Positions 25,651-35,241 of a DNA stretch of 64,000 nt are shown piece after piece. The translations under genes and the position numbers were made by a program. Position 1 is the stretch's first letter. Each line of letters opens with the position of its first letter. Below the pieces are notes generated by a model. It searched no databases, was not told the DNA's origin, and saw only the letters and a program-made list of their open reading frames with translations. This DNA is from Thermoanaerobaculia bacterium (lineage in GTDB: Bacteria; Acidobacteriota; Thermoanaerobaculia; UBA5066): assembly GCA_038245905.1 (NCBI GenBank), contig JBBRRY010000001.1, positions 32,001-96,000 on the forward strand. The letters are read 5' to 3'.

Positions 25651-26073
25651 ATGAGCGAGCCCTCGGTCCGCATCACGACGCACGCGCACTTTTCCGCGGC
25701 TCACCGGCTGCACAACGATTCCCAGGGTCCCGAGTGGAACCAGCGCGTGTTCGACAAGTGCAACAACCCATACGGCCATGGCCACACATACGGGCTCGAC
25801 GTCACCGTGGAGGGGCCGGTCGATCCGGTCACGGGCTGGGTGATGGATTTCGGCGTCGTAAAACGCGTGGTTCAGGACCGGGTCGTGAAGGCTTGCGACC
25901 GCAAGAATCTGAACGTCGACGTGCCGTTCCTCGCGGGCGTGAACCCGACCGCCGAGAACATCGCGATCCGGATCTGGGAAGTCCTCGCGCCCGCCGTGGC
26001 CCCGGGCCGGCTCGTGCGGATCGAGCTCCACGAGACGGAGCGTAACCGGGTCGTGTATACGGGGCCGTCGTGA
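25651..26073 (+). CDS. queD: 6-carboxytetrahydropterin synthase (PTPS family)
   Basis: FSAAHRL..KCNNPYGHGHTY..GWVMDF..NPTAENIA..LHET. Confidence 0.92.
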   Translation: MSEPSVRITTHAHFSAAHRLHNDSQGPEWNQRVFDKCNNPYGHGHTYGLDVTVEGPVDPVTGWVMDFGVVKRVVQDRVVKACDRKNLNVDVPFLAGVNPTAENIAIRIWEVLAPAVAPGRLVRIELHETERNRVVYTGPS

Positions 26074-26840
26074 GGGCCCTCATTTCGAACGACGACGGCG
26101 TCCACAGCCCCGGAATCGCCGCGCTCGAGAGGGCAGCCAGGGCCGCCGGGTTCGAGACGTATGTCGTCGCGCCCGACCGTGAGCAGAGCGCCTCGGCTCA
26201 TTCGCTCACGATGCATCGCCCTCTTCGCGTCCTGAAGACCGGGGAGCGGACCTGGGTCGTCGACGGAACCCCGACGGATTCGGTGAACATCGCGCTCTGT
26301 TCGGTCCTGAAGGAGAACCCGCCGGATTTCGTCTTCTCGGGAATTAACGCCGGGCCGAATCTCGGCGACGACGTGACGTACTCGGGCACGGTCGCCTGCG
26401 CGTTCGAAGGGACTCTCCTCGGCGTGCCTTCGATCGCGTTCTCCCTCGACTACGCGCGTGACGCCGCGGGAGCGATCGACTACTCGGAGGCGGAAAAGGC
26501 CGCCGGGAAGATCCTCGCCTGGGCGAAGGGTCACCCGCCCGCGGCCGATACGCTCTGGAACGTGAACATTCCTTCGGGAAAGCCGCGCGGCTTCCGGCCG
26601 ACGCGGATGGGCCGGCGCCGGTACGGGGAGAACATCGTCGAGAAGATCGACCCGCGCGGACGCCCCTACTACTGGATCGGCGGAACCTTCGTCGACACGA
26701 AAGCCGAGGGAACCGACCTTCTCGCGGTGGCCGAAGGCTGGGTGTCCGTGACGCCTCTGCACATGGACATGACCGACTACCGTGCGCTCGCCGATCTGGA
26801 CGGCCTCGCGGAGAAGCTCGCGCCGCCGGACGCGGGATGA
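26070..26840 (+). CDS. surE: 5'/3'-nucleotidase SurE
   Basis: SNDDG, VAPDREQSA, GTPTD, SGINAGPNLG, YSGT, YYWIG, SVTPL. Confidence 0.96.
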   Translation: MRALISNDDGVHSPGIAALERAARAAGFETYVVAPDREQSASAHSLTMHRPLRVLKTGERTWVVDGTPTDSVNIALCSVLKENPPDFVFSGINAGPNLGDDVTYSGTVACAFEGTLLGVPSIAFSLDYARDAAGAIDYSEAEKAAGKILAWAKGHPPAADTLWNVNIPSGKPRGFRPTRMGRRRYGENIVEKIDPRGRPYYWIGGTFVDTKAEGTDLLAVAEGWVSVTPLHMDMTDYRALADLDGLAEKLAPPDAG

Positions 26841-26850
26841 AGCCGGGAAC

Positions 26851-27555
26851 GTGAAGCCGGCCGATCCCGAGGTCGCGCGCGCCGCCCGGGCGGGAGCGGG
26901 AGAGCGGCGGGCGCTTGTCGCGCGTCTGAAGGCGGCGGGCCTCTGCCGCGACGCCGGTGTCGCCGACGCGATGGCCGCCGTGCCCCGCCACCTGTTCGTC
27001 CCGTCCGCGCTTCTCGGAGAGGCCTACGGCGACCACGCGCTGCCGATCGGCTACGGGCAGACGATCACGCAGGCGGCGAACGTGGCCCGCGCGGCGGAGC
27101 TCGCGGCCCTGACGCCGAAAGCCCGCGTCCTCGAGGTCGGGACCGGCTCGGGCTATCAGGCGGCGGTTCTCGCGCGGCTCGCGCGCTGGGTGTTTTCGCT
27201 CGAACGCATCCCGGAGCTCGCGCAGGGAGCCGTTCGGCTTCTCAGGGCGCTTGGCATCTCGAATGTCTCTATCAAAGTTTTCGACGGGTCGTACGGCTGG
27301 AGCGAGCACGCCCCGTACGACGCGATTCTCGTGGCGGCCGCGGCCCCCGAGGTGCCCGAGCCGCTCGTCGCCCAGCTCGTGGCCGGCGGGCGCCTCGTGA
27401 TCCCGGTCGGCTCGGCCGGACGGCAGAAGCTGCTCGTGGTCCGGAAGCTCCCGAACGGCCGGACGAGGACCGAGGACGCCGGCGACGTCGCATACGTTCC
27501 GCTCGTGGGGCGCTTCGGCTTCGCTTCCAGGGGAAAGGACGGAGGCCAGGCGTGA
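26851..27555 (+). CDS. pcm: protein-L-isoaspartate O-methyltransferase
   Basis: VPRHLFV, LPIGYGQTI, VLEVGTGSGYQAAVL, APYDAI, GGRLVIPVG; follows surE. Confidence 0.95.
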   Translation: MKPADPEVARAARAGAGERRALVARLKAAGLCRDAGVADAMAAVPRHLFVPSALLGEAYGDHALPIGYGQTITQAANVARAAELAALTPKARVLEVGTGSGYQAAVLARLARWVFSLERIPELAQGAVRLLRALGISNVSIKVFDGSYGWSEHAPYDAILVAAAAPEVPEPLVAQLVAGGRLVIPVGSAGRQKLLVVRKLPNGRTRTEDAGDVAYVPLVGRFGFASRGKDGGQA

Positions 27556-27878
27556 CCGGCCCGGACCTGTCGATCGACGACTCGGGGGGCTGGGGCGCCG
27601 CGGCGCGCCGCTTCACGATTTCGGGCCGCGTGCAGGGCGTCGGCTATCGCGCGTTCGCCGCTCGCGCGGCCCGGGCGCTGAAGCTCAAGGGCGGCGCGCG
27701 AAACCTCGACGACGGCCGCGTGGAGGTGGTCGCGTCCGGCGCCATTCACGCTCTCGACCGCCTGGAGTCGGCCCTCGGTGAAGGGACCCGCCTCTCCCGC
27801 GTCACCCGTGTGGACGTCGTGGCGCTCGCCTCCCATCCCTCGACCGAGGACCTAGCGGCCTGCGACGTGGAGTTTTGA
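27552..27878 (+). CDS. acyP: acylphosphatase
   Basis: SGRVQGVGYR..GGARNLDDGRVEV. Confidence 0.93.
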   Translation: MTGPDLSIDDSGGWGAAARRFTISGRVQGVGYRAFAARAARALKLKGGARNLDDGRVEVVASGAIHALDRLESALGEGTRLSRVTRVDVVALASHPSTEDLAACDVEF

Positions 27879-27903
27879 GCCCTCCGTTTAAGATTGGAGC
27901 CTC

Positions 27904-29556
27904 GTGAACGAACGGAAGATCCTGATCGTCGACGACGACGAGGACATTCTCCTCATCGTGCAGACGCTGCTCACGAACGCGGGCTATGCCCCCGTGCTCG
28001 CGCGCAACGGGCGGGAGGGGATCGAACAGGCGATGGCGACGCAGCCGGACGTGATTCTCCTGGATGTCACGATGCCGCAGATCTCGGGATGGGAGGTCTG
28101 CGCGACGCTCAAGAACCTGCCCGAGACTGCCGCGATTCCGGTCGTCATGCTCACGGTCAAGTCCGAGATCAAGGACCTCATCACGGGTATGCAGGTCGGC
28201 GCGGACGACTACATCACGAAGCCGTTCACGAAGAGGCATCTCCTCGAGACGGTCGAACGCCTCCTCGAACCGGGGGAGGGACGGCGCTCGGCTTTCCTTC
28301 CGAAGGACACGGGAGACGCGCGGACGCGCAATCTGCTCTTCGACACGGTGTCGGGCCTTCCGACGATTCCCGTGATCGTGGATGCGCTCCGCGAATGGCT
28401 CCTCGTGGATCAGGAGGTGGGCGTTCTCTTCATCGACTTCGAGAAATACGCCCACATCGAGGACTACTACGGCTGGGAGGTCTTCGACGACGTCCTGCGC
28501 GAGGCGGCCAAGGCGCTCAAGCGTCTCCTCGGCACTCTATTCTCGACCGAGGACCTCATCGCGATCAACCGGCCTTCGGGCTCGGAGTTCTACGTCTTTC
28601 TGTCCGTGCCGCCCGGCCTTCGCGGTGACGAGATCCTCGAGCGGTTGCAGCGCAAGGCGAAGCAGATCGAAGAGTCTCTGAAGGAGACGCTGAGCGAGAA
28701 ATTTCAGAGCCGCATCCAGCGGAAGATCGGGCTTTTCGTCGGCTACGCAAAGCTCCTCTACAGCCCGCAGGTCCGGCTCGAGCGCCTCGTCTACCGGGCG
28801 CTCCGCGAGGCGATTTCGGTCGCCTCGACGAAGGAAGGCGAGCGCGCGGCGATCCTCCGGGAACAGTTCAAGGACGTGCTCGTGCACCGGCAGATCGAGA
28901 CGGTCTACCAGCCGATCGTCGATCTTTCGACGGGCGGCGTTTTCGCGCACGAGGCGCTTTCACGCGGCCCGGCCGACTCGCCGTTCGAGAATCCCGAGGT
29001 GCTCTTCGACTATGCCCTGAAGTCGGATCAGGTGTGGAGCCTCGAGAAGATCTGCATGCAGTTCTCGGCCGAGCGCTTCGTGGGGAAGAGGCCCGGAGCG
29101 CTGTTCGTGAACGTGGAGACGGAGCTCATCCACGAGCTGAAGACGCGGGGGCACGAAGTGCTTCAGCCGCTTCTCGCGATCCAGAGCGGCGTCGTCCTCG
29201 AGATCACCGAGCGCGCCGCCATCCGCGACTACGACCTTTTCCGCGAGAGCGTGCGCGTGCTCCGGGATCTCGGCTTCCGGATCGCGATCGACGACGCGGG
29301 ATCCGGGTACGCGTCCCTCCAGTCGATCGCCGAGCTGCGGCCGAATTACCTCAAGATCTCGAACTACCTCGTCACCGGCCTTCACACGGACTCGATCAAG
29401 CGGGATGTCGTCGAGATGCTCGTCCGGCTCGCCGCACGGATCGACGCGGAGACGGTCGCCGAAGGCATCGAGACGGAGGCGGAGATGGCCGAGGTGAAAC
29501 GCCTTGGCGTCACGTATGGGCAGGGCTACCTGCTCGGACGGCCCGCGAAGATCTAG
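27904..29556 (+). CDS. REC-GGDEF(degenerate)-EAL c-di-GMP phosphodiesterase
   Basis: REC (ILIVDDD..LLDVTMP..YITKPF); DTVSGLP..RPSGSEF; YQPIV..HEALSR..LEITE..IDDAGSGYASL..AEGIET..GQGYL. Confidence 0.9.
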   Translation: MNERKILIVDDDEDILLIVQTLLTNAGYAPVLARNGREGIEQAMATQPDVILLDVTMPQISGWEVCATLKNLPETAAIPVVMLTVKSEIKDLITGMQVGADDYITKPFTKRHLLETVERLLEPGEGRRSAFLPKDTGDARTRNLLFDTVSGLPTIPVIVDALREWLLVDQEVGVLFIDFEKYAHIEDYYGWEVFDDVLREAAKALKRLLGTLFSTEDLIAINRPSGSEFYVFLSVPPGLRGDEILERLQRKAKQIEESLKETLSEKFQSRIQRKIGLFVGYAKLLYSPQVRLERLVYRALREAISVASTKEGERAAILREQFKDVLVHRQIETVYQPIVDLSTGGVFAHEALSRGPADSPFENPEVLFDYALKSDQVWSLEKICMQFSAERFVGKRPGALFVNVETELIHELKTRGHEVLQPLLAIQSGVVLEITERAAIRDYDLFRESVRVLRDLGFRIAIDDAGSGYASLQSIAELRPNYLKISNYLVTGLHTDSIKRDVVEMLVRLAARIDAETVAEGIETEAEMAEVKRLGVTYGQGYLLGRPAKI

Positions 29557-30451
29557 CCGGCCAGGTCGCGAGAGCGATTCCCGAGAAGATGAGCGCGCAG
29601 GCAACAGCGGTGCGCGGCGACGGCGATTCGCCGAGGACGGCCTTGGCGAGCGTCATGGCGACGAGGGGCTGGACGTAGATGAACATAGCCGTCGTCGCGG
29701 GGCTCGTGCGTGCGAGGGCCCAGGCGTTCAGGGAGTACGAGACGACGGTCGCGAGAATCACGCTGCCGGCGATCCCTGTCCAGGCGGTCGCCGAGAGCGC
29801 GGCGGGATGGAAGCGGAGGAGGTCGGGCATTGCGACGAGGGCTACGGGCAGGGCCGCGTACCGGAAGATCGCCGCGGTGACCCGAACGGCCGAGTGGCGC
29901 GTGAGGATTCCTTTCGCGAGGACGAGGAAGATCGAGTAGGAAAGCGCGTTGGCCAGGATGAGGGTGTTCCCGAGGAAGGTCCGGTTGCCGAAGTCGAGTC
30001 GGGACACGTCGAGCAGCCACAGAAGTCCCGCGAGGGCGACGGGAATTCCCAGGAGGCGGCGCGGCGAGGGCCGCTGCCGGGCGAGGACCGCCGCCACGGT
30101 GAGCGTCAGGATCGGCGTCATCGCGGTCAGGAGCGTGGCGTTCGTGGCGGTCGTTTTCGAGAGACCGAAGATGAAGAGGATCTGATTCGCGACGATCCCG
30201 AAGAACGACAGCACGATGAGCGTTCGTCGGTCCTTCGAGTCGAACGTTCCGCCGGGGTCGAGGATCCGCGCGAGAAGAGTCAGGACCGCCGCTCCGGCCA
30301 CCGCACGGAAGGCCGCAAGAACGAGCGGCGCCGTCTCGGCGAGCGCGAGCTTTCCGAAGATCGGGAAGCTGCCGAAGCAGAGCTGGACGACGAGGAGGGC
30401 GAGGAACGCGCGCGGATCCCGCCTGTGCGCGCCGGAGCGCTGCTCAGGCAA
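29510..30451 (-). CDS. DMT/EamA family transporter
   Basis: 10 TM helices, two EamA repeats. Confidence 0.9.
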   Translation of the reverse strand: MPEQRSGAHRRDPRAFLALLVVQLCFGSFPIFGKLALAETAPLVLAAFRAVAGAAVLTLLARILDPGGTFDSKDRRTLIVLSFFGIVANQILFIFGLSKTTATNATLLTAMTPILTLTVAAVLARQRPSPRRLLGIPVALAGLLWLLDVSRLDFGNRTFLGNTLILANALSYSIFLVLAKGILTRHSAVRVTAAIFRYAALPVALVAMPDLLRFHPAALSATAWTGIAGSVILATVVSYSLNAWALARTSPATTAMFIYVQPLVAMTLAKAVLGESPSPRTAVACALIFSGIALATWPARSSRAVRAGSPAHT

Positions 30452-31451
30452 GCGCAGCCGGTGCCACGAGAGCCGGAAGATTTTCTTTGAAAGGGGAAAT
30501 CGTCAACGCCATTCCTTCGCCCGCAAGCTCCCTCTTGACGTACGCGAGGGCCGTTACGCCGCCTCCCTCCGCCGGAGCGACACTCGTGAGCGACCCGGCC
30601 CTTTCACCCTCGAAGAAGACTTCGTCCCCCGGGACCGGGACGCCGCCGGAAACGGAAAGTCGGACGAGCCGCCGGTTCACGTGGCCGTATGTCTTGATGC
30701 GCGCGATCGTCTCCTGCCCGATGTAGCAGCCCTTGCTCTCGGAGATGAAGCCTCGCTCGCGGAGTCCCGCCTCGTCCGGCAGGACGGCCTCGGTCAGCTC
30801 GAAGCCCCAGCGGGGAATGCCGGCGCCGATGCGCAGGGCCTCGAGGCGGTCCGGCGATCCGGGCTCCGCCCCCGCGGAGAGAAACCCAATTCGGATTCTT
30901 TCTGAAAGGGAAGAGGGGACGCGGACGTCGTAGCCGGGGAGGCCGGTGCGGTTTTCGCGGACGATACGGAGGGACGAGACAGAGCCGCCTTCGGCGGCCC
31001 GGGGGTGTTCTTTGAAGGGGAATACGACGGCGCGATGCGCGTGCGGCGTTTCAGGCATCGCGAGGCCGCTCTCGAAGCCCACCCCCCTTCTAAGCAAATC
31101 TTCAGCGCCGCTCCCCGGCACCTCCGCCGTGAGGTGAAAGACAGCGGTAGCGGCCGTTTCATTTCCGATCGTGACGTCGTTGAAGACGAGATATTTCCGA
31201 AGCAAATCTTCTATCTTCTTCCCGAGCTCTGGCTCGCAGTTGATTTCCAGACGATCCTCCTCGCAGAGGACGACGCAGTCGGCAAGCATCTTTCCCTTCG
31301 GAGTGAGGAACGCCGCCGCGCAGCCGGTGCCCGCCGTGAGCTTCCGGATGTCGTTCGTGACGAGACCGTGCAGGAAGGACGCGCGATCCTTGCCGGTGAG
31401 GAGTACCGCGCCGCGCGCGCCGAGGTCGAAGAGGAGGGGACTACCGAGCAT
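30444..31451 (-). CDS. ygfZ: folate-binding YgfZ/GcvT-like protein
   Basis: GKDRASFLHGLVTNDI, FLTPKGKM, signature KGCYIGQE. Confidence 0.9.
   Translation of the reverse strand: MLGSPLLFDLGARGAVLLTGKDRASFLHGLVTNDIRKLTAGTGCAAAFLTPKGKMLADCVVLCEEDRLEINCEPELGKKIEDLLRKYLVFNDVTIGNETAATAVFHLTAEVPGSGAEDLLRRGVGFESGLAMPETPHAHRAVVFPFKEHPRAAEGGSVSSLRIVRENRTGLPGYDVRVPSSLSERIRIGFLSAGAEPGSPDRLEALRIGAGIPRWGFELTEAVLPDEAGLRERGFISESKGCYIGQETIARIKTYGHVNRRLVRLSVSGGVPVPGDEVFFEGERAGSLTSVAPAEGGGVTALAYVKRELAGEGMALTISPFKENLPALVAPAALA
30476..31223. repeat. dispersed GAAGATTTCTTWGAAGG motif, cluster 1 (in ygfZ): + copies 30476, 30893, 31007; - copies 31082-31103, 31195-31223
   Basis: GAAGATTTTCTTTGAAAGGGG; GGATTCTTTCTGAAAGGGAAGAGGGG; GTTCTTTGAAGGGG; rc GAAGATTTGCTTAGAAGGGG; rc GAAGATTTGCTTCGGAA. 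Confidence 0.75.
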
Positions 31452-31738
31452 GCGGGATTCTCGCACCGGACGGACGCACGAGGCCTCCGGCCGCGGAACG
31501 TGCGACAATGCGCCGACGTGACAGAGGTTTCGTGAGCGACGTGGCACCGAAAGCCGCAGGCGCCGTCCGGCGCCGCAGGCGCGGCGGGCGCGGCCGGGCA
31601 GGGGCGAAGGCCAAAGCTGCCGACGAGCTTCCGGACGTCCCGTTTCCCGAAGCCGAACCCGTTCTCGCGGCCCCGCCCTTCCTCATTCCGACGTCGAGTT
31701 TCATCGACGGAATGGGAGCGCCGCCGCCGGCAGGAGCC

Positions 31739-32494
31739 ATGAACCAGGAAGAACAGATCCTCGCTCTCTTCATCGACATCGACAACCTTCTGATCGGGCT
31801 GCGCGAGAGCGGACATCCGAAGTTCGACGTCAAGCTGCTCATTTCGCGTCTCCTCGAGAAGGGGAAGATCGTCGTCAAGCGCGCGTACGCGGACTGGAGC
31901 CGCTACACGGAATACAAGCGCGCGTTCCACGAGTCCGCGTTCGAGCTTATCGACATCCCCCAGCACCGCATGACGGGCAAGAACTCGGCGGACATCCGGA
32001 TGGTCGTGGACGCGATGGACCTCTCCTCGAACAAGCCCCACATCACGACGTTCGTCATCGGCTCGGGCGATTCCGACTTTTCCCCGCTCGTCTCGAAGCT
32101 GAAAGAGAACGACAAGCAGGTGCTGGGCTTCGGCGTGAAGGGCTCGACCTCTGAGCTCCTCATCGACAACTGCGACGAGTTTCTCTACTACGAGGACCTC
32201 GTCCGGGAGAAGACGAAGGTCCCGTCGCTTGCGGGCCTGCCCGAGAAGACGGCGGAGGTCTTCTCGCTTCTCATCGACTCGCTTCTCGCGTTGAAGCGCG
32301 AAAACAAGGAAGTCCTCTGGGGCTCGATGGTCAAGCAGACCATGCAGCGGAAGAACCCGTCCTTCAACGAGAGCTATTACGGCTTCCGCGCATTTTCCGA
32401 TCTGCTGGAGGCAGCGGAGAAGCAGAGCCTCATCTCGCTGAAGCGCGACGGGAAGAGCGGCACGTACATCATCACCGGCTTCGGCAACGCCTGA
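31739..32494 (+). CDS. NYN domain (LabA/DUF88) protein with C-terminal OST-HTH/LOTUS domain
   Basis: LFIDIDN, RAYADW, GKNSADIRMVVDAMD, SGDSDFSPL, CDEFLYY, FNESYYGF..FSDLL; AGGAG RBS; the frame stays open upstream to 31508, so an N-terminal extension is possible. Confidence 0.92.
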   Translation: MNQEEQILALFIDIDNLLIGLRESGHPKFDVKLLISRLLEKGKIVVKRAYADWSRYTEYKRAFHESAFELIDIPQHRMTGKNSADIRMVVDAMDLSSNKPHITTFVIGSGDSDFSPLVSKLKENDKQVLGFGVKGSTSELLIDNCDEFLYYEDLVREKTKVPSLAGLPEKTAEVFSLLIDSLLALKRENKEVLWGSMVKQTMQRKNPSFNESYYGFRAFSDLLEAAEKQSLISLKRDGKSGTYIITGFGNA

Positions 32495-32510
32495 CGCGTC
32501 CGAAGAGCAC

Positions 32511-33120
32511 GAAGAAGATTTCTTTGAATGGTTAAGAGGGGAGCCGGGCCTGGCGTCTGGCCGCCTCTTTCTTCGCGCGCGCTCGGCGCCTTCAAGATTT
32601 TTTCGATCCGGCGCGAGCGTTTCCGCTCGCCGCGTACGGGCAAGCCCCACGACTTCTACGTGCTCGACTGTCCCGACTGGGTGAACGTGATCGCGCTGAC
32701 CGACCGGAACGAGGTGGTCCTGGTGCGGCAGTTTCGGGCCGGAACCCGCTCCGTCACTCTCGAGATCCCGGGGGGCGGCGTGGAGGCGCGCGACGGTTCG
32801 GCCCTCGTCGCGGCCCGGCGCGAGCTGCGGGAGGAGACGGGACACGGGGCGCGACATTGGAAACGCCTCGGGGTCGTGCATCCGAACCCGGCTTTCCAGT
32901 CGAACCGCTGCACCACCTACCTCGCTCGGGGTTGCCGGCGCGTGGGAGATCTCATCCCGGACGCCGGCGAAGACCTCGCCGTGGAATGCGTGCCGCTCGA
33001 GCAGATTCCGGGCCTGATCCGGAGAGGCCGCATCACGCACTCCCTCGTCATCGCCGCTTTCCATTTTCTTTCGCTTCGAAGTTGAGGAGTCCCTATTCTC
33101 CTTTTCTAATCAATATTCTC
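32511..33120. repeat. dispersed motif, cluster 2: + copy 32511-32542 overlapping the NUDIX start; degenerate - copy 33096-33120
   Basis: GAAGAAGATTTCTTTGAATGGTTAAGAGGGG; rc GAGAATATTGATTAGAAAAGGAGAA. Confidence 0.65.
32528..33085 (+). CDS. NUDIX hydrolase (ADP-ribose pyrophosphatase-like)
   Basis: VLVRQFR..LEIPGGGVE..AARRELREETG Nudix box. Confidence 0.92.
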   Translation: MVKRGAGPGVWPPLSSRALGAFKIFSIRRERFRSPRTGKPHDFYVLDCPDWVNVIALTDRNEVVLVRQFRAGTRSVTLEIPGGGVEARDGSALVAARRELREETGHGARHWKRLGVVHPNPAFQSNRCTTYLARGCRRVGDLIPDAGEDLAVECVPLEQIPGLIRRGRITHSLVIAAFHFLSLRS

Positions 33121-33173
33121 CGAATCGCATAGTCTGCCCATTACGTCACGGGCTCGCGTCGGGCGGCTGTGCC

Positions 33174-33188
33174 CGGCACGAACCGTGA
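33174..33188 (+). promoter_or_regulatory. possible sigma-54 promoter for the 33.2-39.8 kb operon
   Basis: CGGCACG-AACC-GTGA: good -24 element, but GA instead of GC at -12. Confidence 0.35.
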
Positions 33189-33234
33189 AATGCCTCTGGC
33201 GGGCGCGAACAAACACTCGCGCCGGGAGGTTCAC

Positions 33235-34758
33235 ATGGTCCGCCACTACGTCGCCCCGATCCTCAGGCTCCTCGCGTTCCTCGGCCTGCTCGCCTCGCCC
33301 CTCGTTCTCGCGGTGATCGCCCGCGCCGAGGAGTCTGATGCAAGGTCCCTTGTGGCTCTCCGATCGGTCATCCTCGGCGAGACGCCGGCCGACCGGTCCG
33401 GACGCGGCGGGCGAGTCGCCGCGAGCGCGCCCGCGACGCTCCTCGAGCGCAGTGGCGGCCGTGTCCTCGTGGCCGCGCCCTCCCGTGGTTCCTCGGCCCA
33501 GGCGCGCGGCTGGGCCGACTCCTCGGCCTTCTTCGTCCTCGACGATCCGTTGGAGCCGATCGAGCGTCTCCTTGGGAACGCGCGACTTCTCCTCGATGCG
33601 AACGACCGGCCGGTCCTTGCGGCCGCCTACCTGCACGAAGTCACGCGGCGCGACGCCTCGCGCGTCGAGGGCTGGGAGCTCCTGGGCCAAGCGGGCGAGC
33701 TGCTCGCGCAGTCGGCCCGTCCCGGCGAGGACGGGCGCCCGCCGGCTTCCGTGGTGCTCGCGGGAGCGTGGGGGATCACGCTCGTACCGAAAGGCGACGG
33801 CACCGGCTACCGATATGACGGCACGGCCTATCGGCGCCTGATCGCGCTCGCGCCTCCGGCCGAGGCGGCCGAGCGGGCCCGCGTGCGGCTCCTCCTGGCC
33901 TGCGGCCCCGTCGTGGATCCCGAGCGGCCGGGTGATGTCGCGACCGCCGTGCTCCGCGAGCGGGATCTCGGCGAGTTCCTCTCCTCGTTCCCGTCGTCGG
34001 CGCGCCGCGTGCCGTTCCTGCTCGAGCGCGCGCGGCTCCTGTCCTGGCTGGCGGAAGGTGCCGCCCGCCGAGGGGACCTCGAGGTGTTTGCCGGTTACCG
34101 CGACGGGGCGATCGAGGCCGCCTCGGAGGTTGCGGCCACGACGCCAGACCTGTCGCGCCGCCGCGCTGCCGACCGTCTCGTCGCGAGGCTCACGAAATCG
34201 TTGCCCCGAAAGGTCGTCTCGGATAAGCCTGTCGTTTCCGCATCGGGAATGCGCGCGCAGTTCGTGGCGAAGGGCGGCGTGACGCTGCTCGTCGTCTCGC
34301 GCCCGGACGGCAAGGACGCGATCCAGCCGTACACGGTCGTTGGCGCGGACCCGGCGAGCCTCGCCTTCGACACGGCAGGCCGGAAACTCGTCTGGGACGA
34401 GGCGCCCACCGCCGGCCGGCGAAGGACGCGGCTCCTGGATCTCGTGCGCGCGAGCGTCGTGGAACCGGCGGCCTCCGCGGAGCCCGAGCTCCTGTCGGCC
34501 GGGACGGCAACGGCCTCGAGCGGGCCGCTGCGGGGCGAAGACCGCTACACGACGTCCCTCGGCTTCTCGCCGGACGGACGCCTGCTCCTCGTCGTCTGCG
34601 AGGGATTCACGCCCGACGGCATCCGGATCCCGAAGCGGCACGTTCTCTGCGACACGGACGGCGGTCGCCGGCCGGTCCTCGTCGACCGCCCGTACTCGGC
34701 GCCGGGTGTCGTGGACTGGAATCGGCTCCAGCATGCGACCGAACGGCTGAGCGGATAA
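33235..34758 (+). CDS. secreted hypothetical protein (helical/TPR-like N-half, beta-propeller-like C-half)
   Basis: GGAGG RBS; signal peptide ending ARA; TolB-like strands (LAFDTAGRKLVW, GFSPDGRLL). Confidence 0.7.
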   Translation: MVRHYVAPILRLLAFLGLLASPLVLAVIARAEESDARSLVALRSVILGETPADRSGRGGRVAASAPATLLERSGGRVLVAAPSRGSSAQARGWADSSAFFVLDDPLEPIERLLGNARLLLDANDRPVLAAAYLHEVTRRDASRVEGWELLGQAGELLAQSARPGEDGRPPASVVLAGAWGITLVPKGDGTGYRYDGTAYRRLIALAPPAEAAERARVRLLLACGPVVDPERPGDVATAVLRERDLGEFLSSFPSSARRVPFLLERARLLSWLAEGAARRGDLEVFAGYRDGAIEAASEVAATTPDLSRRRAADRLVARLTKSLPRKVVSDKPVVSASGMRAQFVAKGGVTLLVVSRPDGKDAIQPYTVVGADPASLAFDTAGRKLVWDEAPTAGRRRTRLLDLVRASVVEPAASAEPELLSAGTATASSGPLRGEDRYTTSLGFSPDGRLLLVVCEGFTPDGIRIPKRHVLCDTDGGRRPVLVDRPYSAPGVVDWNRLQHATERLSG

Positions 34759-34767
34759 TCGCGGGCG

Positions 34768-35241
34768 ATGACGAATTCCCGTCCAAACATGGAAGACCGG
34801 AGGCTGCGGAGGAAATCCGCAGCCTTCCGGTTGAAGCACGACGTTGGGAAGGCGCTCCGCTGGAGCGCGCCTGAGGCTCAGGAGACGAACGCGGAAGAGC
34901 TGTGCGCCCGGCTGACGCGGGATCTGCTCTCGAGTGCGAGCGGTGGCGGAGCGAGTCGTGACGTTCTGGAAAGTTTCTTAGAGTGGAAGAGGGAAGAGGG
35001 GCCGATATTCGCAAGCGATGATCCCGACCTGGAAACGGTCGAGCGGGCCATGGCGGCGGTGAGCCGCCTCGTCCCAAGTCTTCTTACTTTCAAAGAATCC
35101 GAAAGCAAATCCTTCCTTCTTTCTCTCGACGAGGCCTGTCTCGAGGCGTCGCGAGCCTGCACGGCGTTCTACCGGCGCATTGCCGTCGAGGACGGCCCCG
35201 AGATCGTGAGGCGGCGCGGCGAGCTTGCTGGTGACGCGTGA
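34768..35241 (+). CDS. small helical protein with H-box-like motif
   Basis: FRLKHDVGKAL near the N-terminus; stop overlaps the next start (GTGA). Confidence 0.65.
   Translation: MTNSRPNMEDRRLRRKSAAFRLKHDVGKALRWSAPEAQETNAEELCARLTRDLLSSASGGGASRDVLESFLEWKREEGPIFASDDPDLETVERAMAAVSRLVPSLLTFKESESKSFLLSLDEACLEASRACTAFYRRIAVEDGPEIVRRRGELAGDA
34968..35127. repeat. dispersed motif, cluster 3: + copy 34968-35001; - copies 35079-35127
   Basis: GAAAGTTTCTTAGAGTGGAAGAGGGAAGAGGGG; rc GAAGGATTTGCTTTC-GGATTCTTTGAAAGTAAGAAG. Confidence 0.7.
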
